A DNA stretch of 64,000 nt. Source: Acidimicrobiia bacterium (GTDB taxonomy: Bacteria; Actinomycetota; Acidimicrobiia; Spongiisociales; ZC4RG35). Shown one piece after another: positions 40,274 to 50,249 of the stretch; the stretch's first letter is position 1, and the number at the start of each line of letters is the position of its first letter. A model generated the notes under the pieces. It searched no databases. It was given only the letters and a program-made list of their open reading frames with translations, and was not told the DNA's origin. A program made the translations under genes and the position numbers. The stretch lies in assembly GCA_026002975.1 (NCBI GenBank), contig BPGJ01000009.1, positions 48,105 to 112,104 on the forward strand, given 5' to 3'.

Positions 40274-41655
40274 GGTGGAAGCTCTTCTGGGCGATCTTCG
40301 GGGTGGCCGCCTCGAGTCTGATCCTGGTGGCGGCCGGCACGGTGTGGACGGTCAACTCGGCTCGGGAGCGGGCCACCCGTGCCGAGCTCGCCCGGGCGGC
40401 CGAGGCGGTGGCCGAACGGGTCGGGGAGCTGATGACCGACGGGGATGCGGAGGCGACACTCGACACGTTTCGACGCCCGGCGCTGGCCCGTGAACTCCAG
40501 ACGATTCGCCGGGTGGCCGGCGCGGCCGACATCGCGCTGTTCGTGGTCCGGGAAGGAGGGGAGGTGGTAGGCCCGAGGGGACTGCCCTCGCTGCCGGAAC
40601 TGGCCGACGTGGTGGAGGGGCCGGTGGACACCACCGTCGACGGCGACCGAACACTTCTGGTCCACGCCAGGGCAGTCGGTGACCTCCCCGGAGGCGCCAC
40701 CCTCGGGGTGGTCCTCACCCGGCCGGCTCCGGTGGAGCTGCGGATCCCGAGGGGCGTCATCGCCGGCGGGTTGGTGGTGGTGGCGGTAGGGGCCGCGGTG
40801 GCCGCCTGGATACTCTCTGAGAGGTTCACCGCCCGTCTCGAACGGCTGGCGGCCGCGGCCGCGGCGGTGGCGTCGGGCGAACTCGACGTGGAGGTCGACG
40901 ACACCGGAGACGACGAGCTGGCCGACCTCGCCGGCGCTTTCAACCGGATGGCCGGGGAGCTGGCCGAGGCACGGGAACGGGAGAGACGGTTCCTGCTGTC
41001 GGTGGGACACGACCTACGCACCCCGCTCACCACCGTCGCCGGCTACGCCGAGGCGCTCCAGGAAGGACCCCCCTCCGACCAGGTGCGACGCATCGGCGAG
41101 GTGATCGAGTCTGAGACCCGCCGGCTGTCCCGGCTGATCGAAGACCTGATGCTCCTCGCCCGGGTCGAATCGGCCGAGTTCACCCTGCGTCCCGAGCCGG
41201 TGGACCTGGCCGCCCATCTGACCGAGCTGGTCGAGGCGTTCCGGGCCAGGGCCGAGGCCGCCGACCTGCGACTCGAGGCCGACATCGCCCAGGTGGGGAC
41301 CCGAATGGTCGACCCCGACCGCTTCTCCCAGGTGGCCGCCAACCTGGTGGAGAACGCCCTCAGATACACCCCGCCCCGAGGCACCGTTCGGGTTCGGCTC
41401 GAAGCGGACGACGGACTGGTCCGCTTGGCGGTCTCCGACACCGGTCCCGGGATCGAACCCGAGGACCTGCCCCACATCTTCGAACGGTTCTACGTGTCCC
41501 GACGCTACCGAGGGGTCAGACCGGAGGGCTCGGGGTTGGGACTGTCGATCGTGAAGAGCCTGGTGGAGGCCATGGGGGGTCGGGTGGAAGCGACGTCCGA
41601 CGGCGGCACCGTGATCGTGGTCGAGCTTCCGCTCCCACCGGTCGGCAACCCGTGA
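40270..41655 (+). CDS. Sensor histidine kinase (HAMP-HisKA-HATPase)
   Basis: ATGA overlap with the regulator. Two TM segments, HAMP, H-box SVGHDLRTPL, and N and G boxes. Confidence 0.9.
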   Translation: MRWKLFWAIFGVAASSLILVAAGTVWTVNSARERATRAELARAAEAVAERVGELMTDGDAEATLDTFRRPALARELQTIRRVAGAADIALFVVREGGEVVGPRGLPSLPELADVVEGPVDTTVDGDRTLLVHARAVGDLPGGATLGVVLTRPAPVELRIPRGVIAGGLVVVAVGAAVAAWILSERFTARLERLAAAAAAVASGELDVEVDDTGDDELADLAGAFNRMAGELAEARERERRFLLSVGHDLRTPLTTVAGYAEALQEGPPSDQVRRIGEVIESETRRLSRLIEDLMLLARVESAEFTLRPEPVDLAAHLTELVEAFRARAEAADLRLEADIAQVGTRMVDPDRFSQVAANLVENALRYTPPRGTVRVRLEADDGLVRLAVSDTGPGIEPEDLPHIFERFYVSRRYRGVRPEGSGLGLSIVKSLVEAMGGRVEATSDGGTVIVVELPLPPVGNP

Positions 41656-41677
41656 TCGTGCCTCTAGCATCAGTCGG

Positions 41678-42442
41678 ATGCTGGATCGGATCTTGGCGGC
41701 CGCCAGGCAACGGGCCGAGGCGCTCCCCGCCGAGCGGGAGCTGCGGGCCAGGGCGGCCGATGCCCCGCCGGTGAGGGACTTCCGGGCGGCCCTGTCGGGC
41801 CCGGGCTTGTCGGTGATCGCCGAGATCAAACGCCGTTCCCCTTCCCGGGGGGATCTGGATCCCGACCTCGACCCGGCCGGGCTCGCCGTCGCCTATCAGG
41901 AGGGGGGTGCCTCCGCTCTGTCGGTGCTCACCGAACCTCTCTTCTTCTCGGGTAGCGACTCCGACCTGGCCCGGGCGAGAGCAGCCTGCGACCTCCCGGT
42001 GCTTCGCAAGGACTTCACCTTGGTGCCCGCACAGGTGTGGGAGGCCCGTGCGATCGGCGCCGACGCCGTGTTGCTCATCGTCGCCGCCCTCGACGATCCC
42101 ACCCTTCGGCGGCTGCTCGAGACCGCCGAGGAGGCGGGCCTGGCCGCGCTGGTGGAGATACACGACGAGGAAGAAGCCGAACGGGCCGTGGAGGCGGGTG
42201 CCCTCCTCGTGGGGGTGAACAACAGAGACCTTCGGACGTTCACGGTGGACCTGGCCGTCGCCGAGAAGCTGGCTCCCGCCCTGGTCGACGTGCCGACCAA
42301 GGTCGCGGAGAGCGGCATCGGGGGTCCGGACGACGCCCGTCGTATGGCCGTGGCCGGCTACGACGCGGTGCTGGTCGGGGAGTGGCTGGTGACCCAGGGC
42401 GATCCCAGGTCTCACATCGCCGCGATCCGGGGGGAACGGTGA
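41678..42442 (+). CDS. trpC: Indole-3-glycerol phosphate synthase
   Basis: 254 aa. [13 protein letters not shown] and VGVNNRDL motifs. Confidence 0.9.
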   Translation: MLDRILAAARQRAEALPAERELRARAADAPPVRDFRAALSGPGLSVIAEIKRRSPSRGDLDPDLDPAGLAVAYQEGGASALSVLTEPLFFSGSDSDLARARAACDLPVLRKDFTLVPAQVWEARAIGADAVLLIVAALDDPTLRRLLETAEEAGLAALVEIHDEEEAERAVEAGALLVGVNNRDLRTFTVDLAVAEKLAPALVDVPTKVAESGIGGPDDARRMAVAGYDAVLVGEWLVTQGDPRSHIAAIRGER

Positions 42443-43038
42443 CCTGGGTCAAGGTCTGCGGGATCCGAACCGAAGAGGCCCTCGCCGCGGCCGAGGAGGC
42501 GGGAGCCGACGCGGTGGGGTTCGTGCTGGCCGACTCGCCTCGGCGGGTTACCGTCGTCGAGGCCCGGCGACTGGCAGCCCTGACCGGGCTGGAGACCATC
42601 CTGGTGACCGTCGACACCCCGCCCGATCGGGTGCTCGCCTGGGTAGACGAGGTGGGAGCGACCGGCGTCCAGCCTCACGGCCGGTACGCCGCCCGGGTCG
42701 CCGAAGCCGCCACCGGGAGGAAGCTGCGGGTCCTCAGACCGGTCCCCGTGGCGGACCGGGTCGAGCTGGCGGCGATCCCAAACGACCAGGTGCCGATCCT
42801 CGACACCGCCGACCCCGACCGGCACGGTGGAACCGGGCGGCGTTTCGACTGGAACCTGGCGGCCGGGCTCGACCGGCCTTGGGTGCTGGCCGGCGGGTTG
42901 GATCCGGAGGACGTAGCCGACGCCGTGGCGCGGCTCCGACCGTGGGGGGTCGATGCCTCTTCCCGGCTGGAGACCGAACCGGGGGTGAAGGATCCGGAGA
43001 AGATCCGCCGGTTCGTGGTGGAGGCGAAGTCGGTATGA
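42439..43038 (+). CDS. trpF: Phosphoribosylanthranilate isomerase
   Basis: GTGA overlap with trpC. Starts VKVCGIRT and carries GGTGRRFDW and LAGGL motifs. Confidence 0.85.
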   Translation: MTWVKVCGIRTEEALAAAEEAGADAVGFVLADSPRRVTVVEARRLAALTGLETILVTVDTPPDRVLAWVDEVGATGVQPHGRYAARVAEAATGRKLRVLRPVPVADRVELAAIPNDQVPILDTADPDRHGGTGRRFDWNLAAGLDRPWVLAGGLDPEDVADAVARLRPWGVDASSRLETEPGVKDPEKIRRFVVEAKSV

Positions 43039-44213
43039 GCGTGGTTCTCCAGCGGCCCGACCGTCACGGACGTTTCGGCTCGTTCGGAGGTCGATACGCC
43101 CCCGAAACCCTGATGCCCGCGTTGGAGCAGCTCGAGGAGGAGTTCGAACGGGCCTGGTCCGACCCGGAGTTCTTCGCCACCTTCCAGAAGATCCTCACCG
43201 ACTACGTGGGCCGCCCCACCCCCCTCCACGAAGCGGCCCGCCTGTCCGAGGAGCTGGGTGTGAGGGTGCTGCTCAAGCGGGAGGACCTGGCCCACACCGG
43301 CGCCCACAAGATCAACAACGCGATCGGCCAGGCGCTCCTGGCACGCAGGATGGGCAAACCGAGGGTCATCGCCGAGACCGGAGCCGGCCAACACGGCGTG
43401 GCCACCGCCACCGCAGCCGCCTACCTGGGTCTGGAATGCGACGTGTACATGGGGGTGGTCGACATGGAACGCCAGGCCCTGAACGTCGCCCGGATGGAGA
43501 TGCTGGGCACCCGGGTGGTGCCGGTGTCGGCCGGGGCGGGGACGCTCAAGGACGCCGTCTCCGAGGCCATGCGGGACTGGGTGAGGACGGTGGAGACCAC
43601 CCACTACATCATCGGGTCGGTGGTCGGCCCCCACCCCTTCCCGTGGATGGTCAGGGAGTTCCAACGGGTGATCGGCGAGGAGGTGCTGGATCAGCTCTCC
43701 CCCCTGCCCGACGTGGTGGTCGCCTGCGTCGGTGGTGGCTCCAACGCCATCGGGATCTTCCACCCTCTCGCCGGAAAGGGTCCGGAGCTGGTGGGGGTGG
43801 AAGCCGCCGGGGAAGGGATCGCCACGGGACGCCACGGCGCCTCGATCGGAGCGGGAAGCCCCGGCGTGTTGCACGGCACCCGCACCTACATGCTGCAGGA
43901 CGAGGAGGGCCAGGTCTTGGAGGCCCACTCCATCTCGGCCGGTCTCGACTACCCGGGGGTCGGTCCCGAGCACGCCTATTTCCATTCGGCGGGGATCGCC
44001 CGCTACGAATCGGTCACAGACGACGAAGCCCTCGCCGGGCTGGAGCTGTTGGCTCGCCGGGAGGGGATCATCTGCGCCCTGGAGTCGGCCCACGCCGTCG
44101 CCTGGGTGGCTCGGGAGAGGACGGCGCTGGCAGGCAAGACCGTTCTGATATGCCTGTCGGGGAGGGGCGACAAGGACGTTCCCCAGCTCGTGGCTCGCCG
44201 AGGGAACCCCTGA
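43035..44213 (+). CDS. trpB: Tryptophan synthase beta chain
   Basis: 392 aa. PLP lysine motif HTGAHKINN, plus GGGSNAIG. Confidence 0.95.
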   Translation: MSVVLQRPDRHGRFGSFGGRYAPETLMPALEQLEEEFERAWSDPEFFATFQKILTDYVGRPTPLHEAARLSEELGVRVLLKREDLAHTGAHKINNAIGQALLARRMGKPRVIAETGAGQHGVATATAAAYLGLECDVYMGVVDMERQALNVARMEMLGTRVVPVSAGAGTLKDAVSEAMRDWVRTVETTHYIIGSVVGPHPFPWMVREFQRVIGEEVLDQLSPLPDVVVACVGGGSNAIGIFHPLAGKGPELVGVEAAGEGIATGRHGASIGAGSPGVLHGTRTYMLQDEEGQVLEAHSISAGLDYPGVGPEHAYFHSAGIARYESVTDDEALAGLELLARREGIICALESAHAVAWVARERTALAGKTVLICLSGRGDKDVPQLVARRGNP

Positions 44214-45041
44214 TGGGTAGGGGCCGCATCCGGGAGCTGTTCCACCGGGCACGCGCCGAAGGACGAACCGTGTTCCTGCCCTTCCTCACCGCCGGCCTGC
44301 CCGACCCGGTGTCGTCACCCGCCCTGTTCCGGGCGATGGCGGAAACCGGCGCCGACGGGTTCGAGGTGGGGATCCCGTATTCGGATCCGCTCATGGACGG
44401 CCCGGTGATCCAGCGCGGCTCCGAGCTGGCCTTGGCGGCGGGAACCCGCCTGGAGGTGGCTTTCGAGATCGTCGGCCAGGTGACCGGGCTGGGGAAGCCG
44501 GTCCTGGCGATGACCTACTCCAACCCTGTGTTCCGTCGGGGACCCGATTGGTTCTGCGGACGGCTCCGGGACGTCGGGGCCGACGGGCTGATCGTCGCCG
44601 ATCTCCCGGTGGAGGAAGCCGGCCCGGTGCTCGAAGCCGCCGGCGAGTTCGACCTCGGCGTGGTTCTGTTCGTGGCCCCGACCTCCACCGACGAGAGGAT
44701 CCGCCGGGTGGTGGACGCCGACCCGGTGTTCGTCTACGCCGTCGCCGAGCTGGGTGTGACGGGTGAACGTGACGACCCCGGGCGGGCACATCGCCCGCCT
44801 GGTGGAGCGGGTCAAGGCGGCAGGAGACGTGCCGGTGGTGGCCGGGGTGGGGATCGCCGGTCCCGAGCAGGCCCTGAGAGCCGCCGAGGCCGGAGCCGAC
44901 GGGGTGATCATCGGTTCCGCCGTCGTGCGGCGGGTTCTAGAAGCCGGCTCGGCCGCCGAGGCCGAAGAAGCGCTGCGGGATCTGGTCGCCCGGGTGGCCG
45001 ATTCCTTGCGGGTTCAGGCCGACACGACCCTCCCGGAATAG
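44213..45041 (+). CDS. trpA: Tryptophan synthase alpha chain, one frame break
   Basis: The N-terminal ~187 codons (FLTAGLPD, EVGIPYSDPLMDGPVIQ) are in frame 2. The C-terminal ~85 codons (PVVAGVGI...DGVIIGSA) are in frame 3. The switch lies within 44771-44788 (runs CCCC/GGG/GGG). Confidence 0.85.
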
Positions 45042-45043
45042 AG

Positions 45044-45139
45044 CAACGGCCACCTTGCTCGACCGTCCATCCTAAGCCAGGGAGTGGGGGGAGTTGGGGG
45101 GATGCGGCGAAGGATGGGTTGTCGGTCGGGTGGCCGTTG
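45044..45139. other. 96-nt extended imperfect hairpin with twin G6 tracts in the apical loop
   Basis: Arms CAACGGCCACC (45044-54)/GGTGGCCGTTG (45129-39), CGACCG (45060-65)/CGGTCG (45123-28) and CCATCCT (45067-73)/AGGATGG (45111-17), giving 24 bp. The loop contains GGGAGTGGGGGGAGTTGGGGGG. It starts 3 nt after the trpA stop and has no U-tract. Confidence 0.6.
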
Positions 45140-45452
45140 CGGTGCCAACGATAGCGGACCCGCGGTGTTCCAAGTGTCACCGGGCGTGTGGACGCTCCGA
45201 CCGGTTCCCCGTACGGGATCGCAGGCGGGTCTGCACCGCGTGGGGCCCACCGATGAGTCGGGATGCGGCGGGAGCAGTTCGAACCGGATGACCCTGGCCA
45301 TTCACCGAAGCGACTCGACGTAGGCCGCTCGAGGTTCCAATGCCTCATTCTCCGCGGTCGGCTCGACGAGATGGCGCTGGAGGGAGTCCGATGTTGACGC
45401 GCAGGCGCGACCGTTGTGAGGGAGCTCGAATCGGGAGGGATATGATCCGCCC

Positions 45453-46367
45453 GTGGCGAGCATCAGAACGGTCCTCGGCGACATTCCCCAGGATGAGTTG
45501 GGGCCCACCCATGGGCACGAACATGTGTTGTTCGCTCCGCTCCAGGACCGCGGTGAGGACCTCCGCCGCCTCGACAGGAGGGCAGCGCTAGCCGAGCTAG
45601 AGGCGTTTCGCGACGTGGGCGGCTCCGGGTTGGTCGACGCCACCGTGGCAGAGCTAGGGCGAGACCCGGAAGCCCTGGCGGAAATCTCCCAGGTCAGCGG
45701 CGTCCATGTGGTGGTTGCTACCGGCCACACCGCACAGGAGTGGTGGCCACAATCACTCGGTCTCTCCCAGAAGCCAGGTGAGGCGCTGACAGAAGAGATG
45801 GTCGCCGATCTAAGCGTTGGCATCGCCGGAACGTCGGTGCGGGCTGGCGTGATAAAAGTAGGCACCTCGCTGCACGAGATCACGCCGTGCGAAGAGCGGG
45901 TCATCGCCGCGGCCGCCCGTGCTCACGGCGCAACTGGTGCGCCCATCATCACCCACACGACAGCGGGCACGATGGGATTACAACAGGTCGCTCTCCTGAC
46001 CGCGCACGGTGTCCCAGCTAGCCGCATCTGCGTCGGACACCTGGACAGACGATTGATCTGGGAAGAGCACTTGGAGATCGCCCGGTCCGGTGCATACCTG
46101 GGCTACGACCAGATCTCCAAGGAGAGGTACGCCCCGGATCGAATGCGGGCTCGCTTTGTTGCAAGGCTGATTGCAGCCGGATACGGCGGACAGCTACTGA
46201 TCGGAAGCGACTTGGCCCGTCGGAGCGACCTGCTCTCATATGGAGGAGGCCCAGGCCTGAGATACCTGCTGGCCAGCTTCGTCAACCTACTGCGGGAGGA
46301 AGGGGTTGGTGAGCCTGACGTGCAAAGGCTTGTGGTCGATAACCCACGGCGCTTCCTCAGCTGGTAG
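45453..46367 (+). CDS. Phosphotriesterase-like lactonase/PTE-homology amidohydrolase
   Basis: 304 aa. HGHEH metal site, GVIKVGTS (lysine at the carboxylated-Lys position), THT, VGHLD and SD metal ligands, in the same order as the PTE/PHP family. GTG start with a GGGAGGGA RBS. Confidence 0.85.
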   Translation: MASIRTVLGDIPQDELGPTHGHEHVLFAPLQDRGEDLRRLDRRAALAELEAFRDVGGSGLVDATVAELGRDPEALAEISQVSGVHVVVATGHTAQEWWPQSLGLSQKPGEALTEEMVADLSVGIAGTSVRAGVIKVGTSLHEITPCEERVIAAAARAHGATGAPIITHTTAGTMGLQQVALLTAHGVPASRICVGHLDRRLIWEEHLEIARSGAYLGYDQISKERYAPDRMRARFVARLIAAGYGGQLLIGSDLARRSDLLSYGGGPGLRYLLASFVNLLREEGVGEPDVQRLVVDNPRRFLSW

Positions 46368-46429
46368 ACGCGGCGCCTCCGGGCCGACTTGTCGCCTCGC
46401 GCCCTGGGTGCTGAACTCTCTTGTACCGA

Positions 46430-46439
46430 TGTCATGACA
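46430..46439. promoter_or_regulatory. Perfect palindrome TGTCATGACA, candidate GntR/HutC-type operator
   Basis: Lies ~20 nt upstream of the AroE-like start. The flanking GTCAT...ACAGGTTG is shared with the palindrome at 47393-47416. Confidence 0.35.
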
Positions 46440-46460
46440 GGTTGGTGCGAAGTGGAACGG

Positions 46461-47369
46461 ATGTACTTCATAGGGGTCACCACGGCGGCATCCAGCATCA
46501 TGCGCCTGTTTCCGCGGTGGGCCGAGCTATTGGGTCTGCAAGCCGAAATCGTCGGACTCGACGTGCCGCTGGGTGCTCCCCGCGAGGCATATCGCCAGGC
46601 GGTGCTTCGGATGGCCGACGACCCGAAGGCTCGGGGAGGGCTGGTCACCACCCACAAGGTGTCGGTCTTCCTACACGCAGGCGACCTCCTAGCGCAATTC
46701 GATTACTGGGCCGAGTTGTGCGGGGAGGTCTCCTGTATCGCCAGGCGGGCTGATGGCCTGCACGGCTGGGCCAAGGACCCGATAACCGCTTGGCGGGCGT
46801 TCGTCGACTGGGCCGGAGCGGACTACTTTTCCCGGAATCCGGAAGCCGAGGTGCTCTGCCTAGGGGCCGGGGGATCGGGTGCCGCCTTCACCTCCCGACT
46901 GCTGACCGTGGATCAGCCCCCGGCTCGCATTCATCTCACCAACCGGTCCTCCGAGCGGCTCGGGAAGGTTGCTCGCATCCACCGCCGGATCGGCCTGTCT
47001 TGTCCCGTGGAGTACCACCAGGTTCACAGTCCGGCTGATAGCGACCGCCTGCTCGAGCAGCTCCCACCTCGCTCGGTAGTGGTCAACGCCACCGGCATGG
47101 GAAAGGACCGGCCGGGTTCTCCGATCAGCGACCAGGCCCGGTTTCCCGAGAGGGCTCTGGTCTGGGACTTCAATTACCGGGGCAGTCTGGAATTCCTGCA
47201 GCAGGCACGGCGACAGGCAGAAGAGCTCGGACTTCAGGTCGAGGATGGCTGGCGCTACTTCCTCCACGGGTGGAGTGAGCACATAGCAGAGGTCTTCGAC
47301 GTGGATATCGACCGAGCGCAGTTCGATGAGCTAGCCGCGGCAGCAGAAGGGCTGCGCCAAAGCGGTTGA
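46461..47369 (+). CDS. Shikimate dehydrogenase-like (AroE family) protein
   Basis: 302 aa from MYFIGVTT... AroE-like N-domain and a Rossmann motif GAGGSGAA. No other aro genes are nearby. Confidence 0.65.
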   Translation: MYFIGVTTAASSIMRLFPRWAELLGLQAEIVGLDVPLGAPREAYRQAVLRMADDPKARGGLVTTHKVSVFLHAGDLLAQFDYWAELCGEVSCIARRADGLHGWAKDPITAWRAFVDWAGADYFSRNPEAEVLCLGAGGSGAAFTSRLLTVDQPPARIHLTNRSSERLGKVARIHRRIGLSCPVEYHQVHSPADSDRLLEQLPPRSVVVNATGMGKDRPGSPISDQARFPERALVWDFNYRGSLEFLQQARRQAEELGLQVEDGWRYFLHGWSEHIAEVFDVDIDRAQFDELAAAAEGLRQSG

Positions 47370-47394
47370 CACCCTCTCTCAGAGGTAATAAAGT
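47366..47394 (+). promoter_or_regulatory. Sigma-70-like promoter candidate TTGACA-N17-TAAAGT
   Basis: The -35 TTGACA (47366-71) overlaps the upstream stop codon. The -10 TAAAGT (47389-94) follows after 17 nt, about 23 nt before the GntR ATG. Confidence 0.45.
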
Positions 47395-47416
47395 CATCCT
47401 GTCCGTACAGGTTGAC
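47393..47416. promoter_or_regulatory. Inverted repeat GTCATCCTGT-N4-ACAGGTTGAC, candidate autoregulatory operator
   Basis: The arms match at 9 of 10 bp. It spans from the -10 element to the base before the GntR start codon. Confidence 0.45.
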
Positions 47417-48220
47417 ATGGCTGCACTCCCCAACACGAGAATCGACCGCTCCTCCCCGGTGCCCTTCTATTTCCAGTTGAAGAAGGTGCTCGCCCAGGAG
47501 ATCGCTGCTGGTCGCTGGGAGCCGGGAGATCGCATCCCGTCTGAACCCGAGATCTGCGAGCACTTTCAGCTCTCCCGGACAACTGTCCGTCAAGCCTTGG
47601 CTGAAATGGAGGCAGAGGGCCTTATTTTGCGGGAGAAGGGGCGCGGCACGTTCGTAGCCCCCACCTTTCCGGAGCTCTGGTTCCTACAGTCATCGCACGG
47701 CTTCTACGACGAGGCAGCACGCAAGGGCCATCAGGTGAGCTCGCGTGTTCTTCGCTGCGAGGTAACCGAGCTGCCGAGCTTCGCCGCCGAGGCTCTGCAA
47801 CTGGAGCCAGGTACTCCAGGGCTGGTTCTAGAGCGTCTTCGCTGGGTGGATGGCCGAGTTGTGATGTATGTGGTCAATTACCTGCTGGAGAGTCTGGCGG
47901 ACTGTGTAAAGGGCGCAGACCTCGAAGGGGGGTCACTCTACCGGGCGCTGGCGGGGGCCAAGGGCCTCACCCCAGCTGGTGGCAGGCGGGTGGTGGAGGC
48001 GATTACCGCCGAGGAAGAGCTGGCCGAGCTACTGGAGGTTGACGAAGGATCTCCCTTGCTCTTCGTTGAGTCGGTGGCATGGGACGAGGAGCAAGTGCCG
48101 TTCGAGTTCTATCGGGCCTGGCATCGAGCAGACCGCACAAAGATCGAAGTGCAGGTCATCAACCACGCTGCAGCGATCCGTGGTGGCCTAGACCCTTCCG
48201 TGTTGCGACTGGGGGTGTAG
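47417..48220 (+). CDS. GntR-family (HutC/UTRA-type) transcriptional regulator
   Basis: 267 aa. Winged HTH (PSEPEICEHFQLSRTTVRQALAEMEAEGLI) plus a UTRA-like effector domain. Confidence 0.85.
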   Translation: MAALPNTRIDRSSPVPFYFQLKKVLAQEIAAGRWEPGDRIPSEPEICEHFQLSRTTVRQALAEMEAEGLILREKGRGTFVAPTFPELWFLQSSHGFYDEAARKGHQVSSRVLRCEVTELPSFAAEALQLEPGTPGLVLERLRWVDGRVVMYVVNYLLESLADCVKGADLEGGSLYRALAGAKGLTPAGGRRVVEAITAEEELAELLEVDEGSPLLFVESVAWDEEQVPFEFYRAWHRADRTKIEVQVINHAAAIRGGLDPSVLRLGV

Positions 48221-48223
48221 CGC

Positions 48224-48970
48224 ATGCCCTCAGCCCTGGTTACCGGAGCTACCAGTGGGATCGGGAAGGCAACTGCACTCGCCTTGGGCGACGCCGGCTG
48301 GTGGGTCTTAGCCAGCGGGCTCGATCCCGATCGGGGGAGGGAGGTGGAGAAAGAGCTCCAAGCTCGCCATGGCGGCGCCTTCTTGGGGGGAGATCTCACG
48401 GATGATCGGGTGCCTCAGCTGCTGGTGGACCGGCTTCTCGAAGAGACCGGGCGTATCGACCTGGTAGTGAACTGCGCAGGGATTCACTTCCTCGCCGCCC
48501 TCGACGAGCTCGAATTGGAGAGTTTCGACCGGCTGATGGCGGTGAACCTCCGGGCGGCTCTGGCGGTTGCCCGTGCCGCACTTCCCCACATGCTGCAACA
48601 GGGCGGGGGAACCGTGATAAACGTGGCGAGCGAAGCGGGGATTGTCGCGGTCCCGCGGCAGGTCGCTTACAACCTCTCCAAGGCAGCGATGATCATGCTC
48701 AGTCGTTGCATCGCTGCCGACTATGCCCACAGGGGGATCCGGGCGGTCTCAGTATGCCCCGGCACCACTCGGACCCCTTTGGTGGAGGAAGCCATTGCCT
48801 CGGCCCCCGATCCCCAAGCCCACGAGCGGATGTTGGCCGAAAGCCGCCCCGCCCGTCGTCTCGGAGCCGTGGAGGAGATCGCTGCCGCCATCGTGTTCGT
48901 GGCGTCGGATCGAGTCGGATACCTGAATGGGACAGAGGTGGTCATCGACGGGGGATACACCGTCGTATGA
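48224..48970 (+). CDS. Short-chain dehydrogenase/reductase
   Basis: 248 aa. TGATSGIGKA cofactor motif and catalytic YNLSK. Confidence 0.85.
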   Translation: MPSALVTGATSGIGKATALALGDAGWWVLASGLDPDRGREVEKELQARHGGAFLGGDLTDDRVPQLLVDRLLEETGRIDLVVNCAGIHFLAALDELELESFDRLMAVNLRAALAVARAALPHMLQQGGGTVINVASEAGIVAVPRQVAYNLSKAAMIMLSRCIAADYAHRGIRAVSVCPGTTRTPLVEEAIASAPDPQAHERMLAESRPARRLGAVEEIAAAIVFVASDRVGYLNGTEVVIDGGYTVV

Positions 48971-48998
48971 CCAAGGGACTACGGAGGAGGAACGTACC

Positions 48999-50249
48999 AT
49001 GACCAGATGGAGACTGACAACGCTGCTCCTGGTGGTGCTAGCTATGGTTCTCGCCGCTTGCGGCGGGGATACCAACGGGGAGCCAGCCGAGACGACGACC
49101 ACCACGACGGGCGGTGTCGGCGAAACCACTCAGCCTCCTGCCGACGATGGTGATGGACAGGATGGCGAGGCTCGGTGGCAGCAACCGATAGTGATCGGCT
49201 GGACACCTCCCGACATCACCGGGGTTTTCCAGACCGCTACCGACTTCTTTGAGGCTGCTGCCGCCGAAGCCAACGCCGCCGGTTTCAGTGTACAGGTCAT
49301 CAGCCGGTCCCCGGCGACACATACCGCTTTCGCCGACCAACTGGCCATCTTGGAGGACTTCATCTCCCAAGGTGTGGATGTGATCGCCATCTCACCCGCC
49401 GATACCGAGGCGGTGAAGCCAGGTATCCAGGCTGCCAACGAGGCCGGAATTCCGGTCATCATGGTCAACCTTCTCGAGGAGCAGGAAGGCATCGACGTGG
49501 CCTCGTACATCGGCTTCGACAACACCGAAGCCGCCATGGTCTCGGCCTACTCGGTGCTCGACTACTTTGGAGGGCCTGGCGTGCTCGGTGACGGCGAGGA
49601 GGTCGAGGTCCAGCCCGATACGTACCTCGACTTGGAATGGTGGCAGGGCGTATATGAGGGAGTCGACCCCCAGATTCCCGTTGCCAACGGTGTGATCATC
49701 GAAGGCATCGCTGGGACTTTCTTCTCCCAGACCCGTCTCGACGGTTTCAACTCTGTGATCGAAGGCTTCCCCAACATCGAGATCCTGGCCGAGCCGATCG
49801 CCGCCGACTGGAACCGGGAGAAGGGTATCGCTGCCGCCGAAGACTTCTTTTCCCGGTTCGGGCCTGATCAGCTCGACTTCGTATGGGCAGCTTCCAACGA
49901 GATGGGGCTGGGTGCCATGATCACAGCCGAGCGCCTCGGCATCCTCGACGACAGCGGCGGGCTCACGCCACCGCAGCCTGACAAGGTCGCCATCTTCACC
50001 AACGACGTCACCCCCGAATCGACCGACGCCATTCGGGCCGGCAAGATCATTGCCGAGACGCACCACGGCTTCCCCGAATGGGGTTGGTTCGGAACGGAGT
50101 TCGCGGTGAAGCTGGCGTGTGGCATTGAGGTGCCCCAGTTCCAGGACATACGGCCTCGCACCGTCTACCAGGGAAACGCCGACCTCTTCTACCCCGAGCC
50201 GAGCCTTCCCGAGATCGACTGGGAGAGCATCAAGGCGGAGTGTGAGTGA
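48999..50249 (+). CDS. Sugar ABC transporter substrate-binding lipoprotein (CUT2/ribose-type)
   Basis: 416 aa from an ATG preceded by GGAGGAGG. Lipobox LAACGG followed by a T/G/D-rich linker, then a periplasmic-binding-protein type I fold. Confidence 0.8.
   Translation: MTRWRLTTLLLVVLAMVLAACGGDTNGEPAETTTTTTGGVGETTQPPADDGDGQDGEARWQQPIVIGWTPPDITGVFQTATDFFEAAAAEANAAGFSVQVISRSPATHTAFADQLAILEDFISQGVDVIAISPADTEAVKPGIQAANEAGIPVIMVNLLEEQEGIDVASYIGFDNTEAAMVSAYSVLDYFGGPGVLGDGEEVEVQPDTYLDLEWWQGVYEGVDPQIPVANGVIIEGIAGTFFSQTRLDGFNSVIEGFPNIEILAEPIAADWNREKGIAAAEDFFSRFGPDQLDFVWAASNEMGLGAMITAERLGILDDSGGLTPPQPDKVAIFTNDVTPESTDAIRAGKIIAETHHGFPEWGWFGTEFAVKLACGIEVPQFQDIRPRTVYQGNADLFYPEPSLPEIDWESIKAECE

Noticed and set aside
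45262-45300. GCAGTTCGAACCGGAT resembling a tRNA T-loop at the island boundary
   Set aside because: The flanking bases do not form a T-stem or acceptor stem on either strand. No D-arm or anticodon arm can be drawn. I found no convincing tRNA anywhere in the window.
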